The notes under the pieces were generated by a model. That model was not told where the DNA came from. It made no database searches and was given only the letters and a program-made list of their open reading frames with translations. The translations under genes were made by a program, and so were the position numbers. Shown piece after piece: positions 1 to 9,600 of a stretch of DNA of 64,000 nt. How positions within the stretch are numbered: the stretch's first letter is position 1; the number at the start of each line of letters is the position of its first letter. This DNA comes from Acidobacteriota bacterium (GTDB lineage: Bacteria; Acidobacteriota; UBA890; WLXD01): assembly GCA_963666055.2 (NCBI GenBank), contig CAXWPH010000014.1, positions 520,538-584,537 of the forward strand. Direction: 5' to 3'.

Positions 1-2
1 GG

Positions 3-608
3 TGGCTCAACCACCAGACTGTGAAGAGCCTCGGCGAGCATTGGGGGGCATCGTTCGAGGTATCGACAATGCACGCGACGTTCGTCAACACCGATCTGGT
101 CGCTACCATCGCCCCCGGCATCGAGTACAACATCTTTCCCTTTTCGGAATCGTCGCGCCGGTCGTTCACGATCACGTATCAAGTCGGCGGCAGCTACAAC
201 CAGTACATTGAACCAACGATCTTCGGGGTGACGGAAGAGACCCTCTTCGACCACTCGCTGCTGGTGAACCTCGACGCGGTGCAGCCCTGGGGTGAGCTGG
301 AGGTCGGAATGGACGCGGCGCAGTACTTCACCGATCCGAGCCAGTGGCGCTTGGTATTCCAAGGCCGATTGGAGTTCCGCATCGTCAGAGGGTTGAACTT
401 CAACGTCAGGGGCAATTGGGCGGCCATCCACGACCAGCGTTTTATCGCCGCCGGCGGCCAAACCGACGAGGAGATTCTTCTCCAGCGCCGGGCGTTGGCA
501 ACCAATTCGCGCTACAGCTTCAGGGTGGGCTTCAATTACACCTTCGGGTCGATCTTCAACAACGTGGTGAATCCGCGATTCACCAACGATTTCAACCGCT
601 TCTTCTAA
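3..608 (+). CDS. Outer-membrane beta-barrel protein, C-terminal part (5' end outside window)
   Basis: Frame is open from position 3 (WLNHQTVKSLGEHW...); alternating amphipathic beta-strands (YSFRVGFNYTFG) and terminal Phe; TAA at 606-608. Confidence 0.65.
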   Translation, partial: WLNHQTVKSLGEHWGASFEVSTMHATFVNTDLVATIAPGIEYNIFPFSESSRRSFTITYQVGGSYNQYIEPTIFGVTEETLFDHSLLVNLDAVQPWGELEVGMDAAQYFTDPSQWRLVFQGRLEFRIVRGLNFNVRGNWAAIHDQRFIAAGGQTDEEILLQRRALATNSRYSFRVGFNYTFGSIFNNVVNPRFTNDFNRFF

Positions 609-676
609 CAGAGTGCTCAAAGACTCCCGAGGGTGCCCGTAACGGCACCCCCGGGGGGCTCTCAGCACCCTGCTGA
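606..676. repeat. Short palindromic MITE-like element, family B copy 1
   Basis: TAACAGAGTGCTCAAAGACTCCC...GGGGGCTCTCAGCACCCTGCTG imperfect inverted repeat; resembles copies at 26398 and 26780. Confidence 0.6.
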
Positions 677-754
677 GCGTTTCTTGGTTGCCTCTGGGCC
701 GCCGCCCGCGCACACTGCCCGGAAGTTCGCCATTCATCGGCAACCGAGGCGCCC

Positions 755-1195
755 ATGGCCAAGAAAGGCCAAATCCCGGACCAGCTGCCCGCCGCGTTCG
801 ATTTCGGCCGCGTTCCCGTAAACCGCCACTTCGGGTTCTCGCTGCAGTCGGTCCGGCGCGGCAAGGCAGAGGTGGCCATGCCGCTGAAACGGTCCTTCTG
901 GCAGGAAGAAGGCGTGGTGCACGGCGGCGTCCTTACGACACTCGCCGATACCGCGGCGGTGTATACGATCTCCCCGTTTCTCGACGACGACCAAACGATG
1001 ACGAGCATCGAGTTCAAGATGAACTTCTTGCGCCCGGCTTCGATCGATGCGGGTTCGGTTACCGCCAAGGCCAGCCTCGTACGGCAGGGCAAAACGATTG
1101 CCCTCTGCGAGGTCGACGTCATGCAGACTCGTCGACTCGTCGCCACGGGGTTGTTCACCTACTTGATCTATTCGAAGGACGAAGCCGGCAACTAG
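755..1195 (+). CDS. PaaI family thioesterase (hotdog fold)
   Basis: GVVHGGVLTTLADTA motif; TSIEFKMNFLRPA. Confidence 0.9.
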   Translation: MAKKGQIPDQLPAAFDFGRVPVNRHFGFSLQSVRRGKAEVAMPLKRSFWQEEGVVHGGVLTTLADTAAVYTISPFLDDDQTMTSIEFKMNFLRPASIDAGSVTAKASLVRQGKTIALCEVDVMQTRRLVATGLFTYLIYSKDEAGN

Positions 1196-1199
1196 CCTG

Positions 1200-1862
1200 A
1201 TGGGACCGCGACCGTTCGAGCCGACATTCGAGAGCTTACCGGGGGTGCTTCCGGTTTTTCCGTTGTCCGGTGCCCTCCTACTGCCGCGCTGCCGTCTCCC
1301 CCTCAACATCTTCGAGCCGCGCTACTTGCAGATGACCGAAGATGCGCTGGCCGGCGATCGTTTCATCGGCATGGTGCAGCCGCGCGATCCTGAACCGTTC
1401 GACCATCGCCCCGATATCTTCCCCACAGGCTGTGCGGGGCGCATCAGCTCCTTCAGCAAAACCGACGACGGCCGCATGCTGATTATCCTGACCGGGGTCA
1501 GCCGCTTCGACGTCGAGTCAGAGCTCGGTACCGACTCGCCGTATCGTCAGATAGTGCCGCGTTGGGACAGATATCGCTCGGATCTGATCGAGCAAGCCGA
1601 CGGCGCCATCGATCGAGAGCGGCTCTACGCCTCGCTGCGTGTGTACTTCGAGTCGCGCGATCTCGACACCGATTGGGAGATGCTCGAGGAGGCCACCGAC
1701 GAGCACCTGATCAACTCGTTGGCGATGTCTTGTCCTTTCGGCCCTTCCGAAAGGCAGGCTCTGCTCGAGGCCGGTGATGTGACCGAGCGTGGCCGCCTGA
1801 TGCTCGCGCTCCTCGACATGGCAACCCTCGATCAGGTGGGCGGCGAGCTGCCGCTGCAGTAG
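1200..1862 (+). CDS. LON peptidase substrate-binding (N-terminal) domain protein
   Basis: LPVFPLSGALLLPRCRLPLNIFEPRYLQM motif; ERQALLEA near C-terminus. Confidence 0.9.
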   Translation: MGPRPFEPTFESLPGVLPVFPLSGALLLPRCRLPLNIFEPRYLQMTEDALAGDRFIGMVQPRDPEPFDHRPDIFPTGCAGRISSFSKTDDGRMLIILTGVSRFDVESELGTDSPYRQIVPRWDRYRSDLIEQADGAIDRERLYASLRVYFESRDLDTDWEMLEEATDEHLINSLAMSCPFGPSERQALLEAGDVTERGRLMLALLDMATLDQVGGELPLQ

Positions 1863-1880
1863 TTCAGGGCTCCAAACTTC

Positions 1881-3401
1881 TTACCGGCGGACGTTTTGGC
1901 GTTTTCGCAAAACCTGCCCCGGCCGCGCCCCGGTTGGCGCGCCGTCACGCCACACCAGCTCACCGCCGACCCAGACGTACTCGATCCCGGTCGACAACAG
2001 CTCGGGCTCCTCGAACGTGCTGCGATCGCCTACCGTTCCGGGGTCGAAAGCCACCAGGTCGGCAATCGCGCCGCGCCGTACCACGCCGCGCTGCTCGAGC
2101 CCAAGGCGCTGCGCCGGCATGGAGGTCATCTTGTGCACGGCTAGCTCCAGCGACATCACCTGCTCGTCGCGGACGTAGCGCCCCAAGACGCGGGGGAAGG
2201 TGCCGGCGCCACGCGGATGGGCGCTGCCGATGCCGCCATCGCTGCACACCATGACCAACGGACTGGCGGCGAACCGGTCGACGTCTTCGAGCTTCATGGT
2301 GTGGCCGATCACGCCGCCGCCGCCGGCCTCCATCATCTCGATGTACATTTCGACCGGGGTCTTGTTCTTAAGCTCGGCGATCTCGTCGAGCCGCAATCCT
2401 TCTACTGACGGGTCGGGTTCGTAGCGCGTTACCTGTATCCGGTTGGCACCGCCCAGCGCCGCGAGCCCTTCGGCAACGGCTTCCGGATCGCTGAAGCGGC
2501 GCGAGCGCACGACGATCGACAGCGACGAGGCCCAGGCCGGGTAGGGATACCAATCGGCCGTGATGTCAAGGCCGCTCTGGCGCGCCGCGGCGAGCTTGTC
2601 GAGCGCCTCCTCCGATCGATCCCAAACGCTGGCGTTGCCCATCTTGATGTGTGAGATCTGCACCGGCAGGCCGCCTTCAAACCCGATCCGAATGACTTCG
2701 TCGATGGCGTCCATGACGGTCTCTTCCTCGTCGCGCATGTGAGACATGTAAAAGCCGCCGAAGCCTGCGGCTACCTCGGCCAGTGCGATCAGCTCTTCGG
2801 TGCTCGAGTAGAAGCCGGGGTCGTATTCCAGGCCGCTCGACAGGCCGAAGGCGCCTTCTTCCATGCCGGTACGGATGAGCTCGGCCATCTGCGTTACTTC
2901 CTGCGCCGTGGCCTGGCGCTTGAAGTCGTCGCCCATTACCTGACGGCGCGCCGTGCCGTGTCCGACCAAGGTGGCCACGTTGACCACCGGCTGCGCCGCC
3001 TCGACCTGGCGCAAGTATTCACCGACCGGCCACTGCGAGCCGCCGTCGGCGCCGCCGACGATGGTGGTGAGCCCCTGGGAGATCAGCGCCTCGGCTTGAG
3101 GTTGCCGAATGATGGCGCGGTCCGAGTGGTTGTGAATGTCGATGAATCCGGGCGCCAGCACGAGGCCGTCGAGGTCGATGACGCTCGGATTGTCACCCGG
3201 TTCCATGCGCCTGCCTTCCTCGACGCTGACGATGCGCCCGTTCTCGATCACCACGTGGCCGGTGAACGGGCGACTGTTCAGGCCGTCGACGATCGTCGCG
3301 TTGATCAGCAGCACACGGCCCTGCTGCGCGGCGCCGGAGCCGGTGATCGTGAGCACCGCGATGAACAGGCCGATGAGAATTCTGACGCTGTTAGGTCGCA
3401 T
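1881..3401 (-). CDS. N-acyl-D-amino-acid deacylase (D-aminoacylase, amidohydrolase), secreted
   Basis: Signal peptide; APGFIDIHNHSD, SHMRDE, SHIK, CSDGG, HPRGAGTFPRVLG, ADLVAFDP. Confidence 0.9.
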   Translation of the reverse strand: MRPNSVRILIGLFIAVLTITGSGAAQQGRVLLINATIVDGLNSRPFTGHVVIENGRIVSVEEGRRMEPGDNPSVIDLDGLVLAPGFIDIHNHSDRAIIRQPQAEALISQGLTTIVGGADGGSQWPVGEYLRQVEAAQPVVNVATLVGHGTARRQVMGDDFKRQATAQEVTQMAELIRTGMEEGAFGLSSGLEYDPGFYSSTEELIALAEVAAGFGGFYMSHMRDEEETVMDAIDEVIRIGFEGGLPVQISHIKMGNASVWDRSEEALDKLAAARQSGLDITADWYPYPAWASSLSIVVRSRRFSDPEAVAEGLAALGGANRIQVTRYEPDPSVEGLRLDEIAELKNKTPVEMYIEMMEAGGGGVIGHTMKLEDVDRFAASPLVMVCSDGGIGSAHPRGAGTFPRVLGRYVRDEQVMSLELAVHKMTSMPAQRLGLEQRGVVRRGAIADLVAFDPGTVGDRSTFEEPELLSTGIEYVWVGGELVWRDGAPTGARPGQVLRKRQNVRR

Positions 3402-3653
3402 CGAGATTGTCTCCCGGGTAATTCGATTGTTGCTCGGGCACGAGTCTGCGTGGCGTTGGAGGCTTGCGCAAGGGGGGCGCGGCGCGCCGCGGAAAGGTCG
3501 TCGGCTACCGCACCGGGCGGCAGCCCGATATCCTTGTAAAAAGCAGCCTCAAGCGCCCGTCCGCCGAGGCCCCACCCTTTATATTCGAGCCGTACTTCAT
3601 ACGTCCCGGGCGATTTGGACACGCGTTTCTCATGATGGCTGGAGTTCTTCATT

Positions 3654-6600
3654 TTGGAGCAGAACCGCTTTGACGTCATCGTCGTAGGCGGTGGCCCTGC
3701 CGGTATCACCGCTGCAACCGCACTCGGCCGCGCCGGGTTCTCGGTACTCGTTTGCGAGGCGGCGGTGTATCCAGGAGCCGAGAACTGGTCCGGCGCCGTT
3801 TATTTCGCCGAGAACATCGAGGCTCCGGAGGCCTTCGGCCGGGCGGCGATCGAAAGCGGTCCCATTGAGCGCCCGCTCGTCGAGCGTGGCTTCTACTCCT
3901 ACAACGGCCACTCGATGTTGGGCGCGGCACTGCGCGACCCGAAGGTGTTCCGCTCCTGCTACACGGTTCTGCGGCCGGTTTTTGACCGCTACCTCGCTGA
4001 GCTTGCCCGCGAGCACGGCGTCGTGTTGCTGTGCGAGACCACCGTCCAGAGCCTGATCCGCCACCAGGGCCGCATCATCGGCGTGCACACCGAGCGCGGT
4101 CCGGCCTATGCCGATGTCGTGTTCCTGGCCGAGGGCGACGCCTCGCACCTGGTGACGCAGGAGGGCTACGAGCGCGTCGGTCCGGACGCCGGCGAGGGGG
4201 GATCGGAGAGCGGCCCGCACTTCCTGCAGGGCGTGAAGGAAGTCGTTTCGCTGTCGCCCGAGATCATCGAGGAGCGTTTCGGGCTGCCGGCCGGGGGCGG
4301 CGGCGCCTACGAAATACTGCTGCGCAACGGCACACGCCATGGCCGCACCGTGCGCCTCAACATGGGTGGCTTCATCTACACCAATCGCGACAGCTTGTCA
4401 CTGGGATTCGTGCTGCCTGTCGATAACCTGGCGGAGAATTTCGACGGCGACCACAACCTGCTGATGGAGTGGTTCAAGGGGCTGCCGGAGATCGAGCGCT
4501 GGATTGACGGCGGCGAAGTAACTTCCTACGGCGCGAAGATCATCCGCGGCGGCGGCTTGCGTGAGATCCCGCGGCTGATCGACGATGGCCTGGCGATCGG
4601 CGGCGCCGCCAGCGGCATCGGCCTCGACTTTCCGTACCCCAACTTCACCGGCCCGGCGACGGCGATGGGCCTCTTGTTCGCCGCCGCTGTGCAGAAGATC
4701 GCCGCCGACAACGGCGGTCCGGGCGGCGGTTCCGGCGACTGTCCGTTCAGCGCCGCGGCGCTCGAGCAGACCTACGTCAGGCCGCTGCAGCGAACCCACT
4801 ACTACCGCAACGTCGAGCGCCTCGCCGACTGGCCCGGGTACATCGAGCGCACCCGTTTCTTCTTCGATCAGCAGGTCGATCTCGCCAATAGCGTGGCGTT
4901 CATCGTGTCGCGTCCCGACATCTCCGCGCCGCGTCGCTGGTGGGAGGCGCTGCGCCTCGAGCGCCGGCTCATCGTGACCAAGCACTTCAAGAGCGTGCTT
5001 GCTGACTTGCGGGAGAATTCCGGGGCCCTCGGCCTCGGGCGGGCCGCCCGGGAGGGTTTTGGTATCGGCACACCCGTGCGCTGGTTGTTCAACACCGTCT
5101 CAGCCTTGTTGCCGAGCCGCCGCACATCCATTGGCGGCGACAAGTCAACGGGTGTTGCGATCGCCACCACGCCCGGTGGCGGCGAGTTTCGTGTGACGTA
5201 TCGGGTCCTGGCGGGCGCCGAGGTGCCCGGTCGTTTGCCGCTCGTTGCCCGGTGGTACTGGAAACGCTTCGGCCCGGCGATGGGCGATGCCTTCGCCGAC
5301 GTCTACACGAACGACGACGAGCCGCTGGATACCAAGTTGCCGCGTGCCTTGGGTCGTTTGATCGACCAGTTTTCCGCGTGGGATGCGGTGCTGTCCGTCG
5401 TCTCCTTGGTGGCGGGAGCCCTGACCTTGCTGGCCCAGTCTTCGATCGAGTGGTTCCAGTACGCCGTGCTGAAGAAGGATCTGTCGGCGTTTCGCGAGCA
5501 GTTCGTCGCCCGGTTGCTCGATGACAATCGCCGCCGTATCCGCCTCGATGACGACGCCGTGGAGATCAGGACGTCCTACGAGCACAAGCTCGGCACGATT
5601 CGCTATCGCGTGGGGCAGCATTCGCACATCAAAGTGCTGTGGCCCGACGATCTTGCGGCGCGTGGTGAGCTGGTCGACTCGCCGCTGTGGAACGTCTGCC
5701 CCGCCAAGGTCTACGAAGTCGATCGGAATCCGCGCGGCATGCCCGGCGTCGTCGTCAACTTCGACAACTGTGTCAAGTGTGAGACTTGCTGGCGCGCCAC
5801 CCCCGACGTGCACTGGAGTCGGGCAACGCAGCAGCGGCTGATCTACGAGACCTATACGCCGACCCATGCCGAGCTGCGCAACTACTTGCTGACGCGGACC
5901 GAGCCGGTGGCACGTTTGCGACGGCTGCCGAGCTACTGGGAGGCGTACTGGTCGGGATCTTCCGACTTGTCGACGAGCTCCGAACAAGCGGCGCTTCTGA
6001 CGGGTGTCGAGGCCGAGCTGCGTCGCTTTAGCGCGGCGCTGGACGGCTACTCACAGGCGCTCGGCGATTCGCCGCCGGCGCTGGAGCAAGGCGAGCGCTA
6101 CTACCTGGAGGAACTGCTGGCCTCGGCGACGCGGCGCTTCGAAGCCGCGCGGGCGCTGTGGCAGACGGAGGCGCTGGAATCGCTGCGCGCAGCAGCCGAC
6201 GGTGCGGCGGCAGTGTGGGCCGACGCCGCCGAAAGGGTGGAGGAATTGGCGCGGCACGCTGCTGCCAAGCGCTATTTCTGGTCGGACGTGGTGGGCAAGC
6301 AACTTCGCGAGCACCATGTCGAGGGACTTCTCGTTTTACTGCGGCGTGAAGCTGCCGGTGTCGATCAACTCGCTCCGCAGCACGGGTTGCCTTCCGAACC
6401 GTGCGAGGCATGGTCGTGGATCGCCGGTTGGCCGGCCGTCGAATGCCGGCCGCTGGCATTCGAAACGCACCGCAAAACGATTCGTGACTGGTGCGACGCG
6501 CACGTCGACTCCGCCGTTCTCAACCGGCTCGAGGAGGGGCTGCCGATCAGCACGGAACTTCGCGACTGGCTTGCCGCGGAGCTCAGGACGGCGGTTGCGT

Positions 6601-9600
6601 CGGGGCGCGATGGCGAAACCTGGTCGGACCCGGCAAACCGCGCCACGCCGGCGACGCCCCGCTACGGGCAGCGAGACGTATTGCTCGAGGAGCTCTCTGC
6701 GTGTGATCCGTCGTTGGCGGCACTGGCCGCCCAGCATCTGCTCGCCTGTGATCTGCTCGACGGTGTTGCGGCAGCCGATCCGACACTGATTGACAACCTG
6801 CGCGCCGGACGGCAGCTGGCGACTGTCGTATCGCAGGGAGCCATTTGCAACGAGCTGATCGTCTCGGGCAAGGCGGCGGAGGGTGTTGCCGCTGTGGCAG
6901 CCGAAGCGGGTGTCGAGCTTCACGGCGTAGCACCGTTGGTTGCTACGGCGTTGGCCGATTGGTTGCTCGTGGTGCGTGACAATCGCGGCTACCTAGTGCC
7001 GATCGATGACCCGGGAGTGAAGCTCGAGGACGTGGGTTGCATCGGGCTGGTCGGCGCCGCCGTGCGGCGGGTGATCTTCGACGGTTGCGTTGTACCGCCG
7101 GAACACCTCTTCGATGTTCCTTCGATCGACGAAAGGTCTGCCTTTACGGCGCCGGCCGTCGGCGAGCCGTTTGCTGATCTTCTGCGAATCGGCGTGCTCG
7201 ATCACCTGGCAATCGTGCGGGGCGCGGGCACCTACTTGACGCAGCGTGCGCGTGAGCATGCCGCCACTCGGGTTCAGTTCCCCGATTCTTTCCAGGACGA
7301 GGCCGGCCGGGACACGATCGCCAAGTTCGGCGCCGTGAAGCGACTCATGGCCGAGATGGAAGCGCAGCGCATCCTGGTGGAGTCGCTCAGTATCATCGAT
7401 CCGGGACCGACCGACGACCCGTGGATTGGTGCCGCGGTGCGCAAGGTCCTCGCCGCCGACGCCTTCGGGCCGAATCGAGGCTCGTTGGGCTACAACTGCG
7501 GCCAGGTGTTCGCTGGCACGGCATTTTCCGAAGACGACTGCATCGCCAAGTACTACCGCGACAGCAGTCCGTTCCGCTTCTTGCTCGCCCACGACGACGC
7601 GCTGCGTGTCGAGATCGGCCGCCGCCGACTTGCAGCAGTACGGCAGGGCAACTCTTTGGTCCCGCTGTCGCCGGGCGAGGCGGCGTGGCTCGGTGCCCTG
7701 GGTGACGAAGCTCCTTTGGCCGCCGCGGTGCCGCGCTGGGAGGCAGCCTGCGCCAAGATCGACGGGTGGGCCGATAGCGTCGCGGCGGCCGACGAACCAA
7801 TGGCCGAGCTCCTGTGCTTTCAAGCCGGCGGCGTGGTTGCGTCGGCGTTGGCTGTCAAGGTCTGTCTGTTGCGCACCGGTTGGCGTCTCGAGTCCGGTTT
7901 GCCTGCCCAGGCGACGCGCGCAGCGACCAACCTTCTCAACGACGAGTTCTGTGCCGCCGTTCCGGGGGTCATCGACGATGCTCAACTTCTTGCTGAAACT
8001 CTCGAAGTCGGTGACGAGACGATCATCCACGGCGATTTCGAGCCCGCCGCCGACATCGCCGACGCGGAGCCCTATCGCGCCGTGCTCGAGACCGATCACG
8101 GTGCCGATTCCGGAGAATGGCTGGTCGGAGGTTTCGACGGCGAGCGACTCCGCTACGTGCCCGAGATCCTGTGGAACGACCCGGAGCTAGGCGCGTTTCG
8201 CGACAGGGTGGAGGCGGAGCAGCGACGGCGCTACGTCGAGCCACGCTTCGACGGGCTGACGTACAACCGGTATCTCGAGAAGCTGCACATCGTGCCGCGC
8301 GATGATCTCGACTACCTGGTTGACGAAGGCTTCCTGCGCATGCCGATCCCGACGTCGCTCGGCGGTGAAGGGGTACTGAAGGCGCTCTACTACATCGTCT
8401 GCGAGATGACGGGTCGCTACGGCGACGCGGCGCTGTCGCTGGCCATAATGGCCAACACGAGTATCGGCACGACGCCCATGCTCCTCGGTCTCAAACAGGA
8501 CCTGCCGCGCGCCCGCGCCGAGCTCGAGAGGGTCAAGGGCGACCCGACGCTGCTCGGCGAGATACACGACGGCCTCGACAAGCTGATCGCCGGCATGGCG
8601 CGTCCCGATCTCGAGGCGCTGCAGCGTGACTACCTGGCGCTGATGGAGCTGGTCAAGGCGCGCATCGTCAAGTCGAGCGTGCTCAAGTACATCGGCGGCG
8701 GCTTCCTGCGCGCTTTCTTCGCCGCCGGACAGGCCGGCGAGCAGCGTGACCTCGACAGCTTTGCCGACAACCTGCGGCAAGCCCGCGAGCGTCTCGACGA
8801 GATCCTCGAAGGTGTCGAGGACCGGCTCATCGAGTACCCGCGCCGCGAGCGGGCGCACGAGCTGTTCTTGAAGATGATCTCGGCCGGCTACATCTCGGCC
8901 TTCGCGCTCACCGAGCCGACTGCAGGATCCGACTCGGGCGGCGTGAAGACATCGGCGCGCCTTGATCGGCGGCGCGTCTATTGCGACGACGACGGCGTCC
9001 TGTACTTCTGGCTCGACGATAAGGCCGAAAGCGAACGGCGCAACCTCCTCGACGCCGACCGGGTTGGGTTCGACTTCGATCGCCACAAGATGCTCTATCG
9101 CTTCTCAGAAGACGCCGAAGCTGCGGAGATCAACCACGACGCCTTCGACTACGACAGCCGGGAGCTGCCGAGCAAGTGGCGCACCTATCGTCACGGTGAT
9201 CGCGACGTTGCGTTCACCGACATCGCGCAGATTCGTGAGGATGAGGCCGGTGACCTCTGGTACGAGTACTGGGAGCTCAACGGCGTCAAGATGTGGATCA
9301 CCAACGGGCGCTTCGCCCATTGCTTCGCGCTGTACGCCACGACCGAGCCGGAGGGCGTTACCGGTTTCATGGTCGACCGCCACGCCGAGGGCATGGTGGT
9401 CGGCGCCGACGAAGAGAAGCTCGGCCAGCGTGCCTCGCCCACCAACGAGTTGTCGCTCACCGGAGTGCGCGTGCCGCGCGAGTGCATCATCGGTTTCCGC
9501 GGCCGCGGCCAGGTCAACGCCCTCGAAACGCTGAATACCGGGCGTACCGGCTTGGCGGTGACGGCGCGCTCCGGTATCCAGGAAATACTCGAGGACGCAG

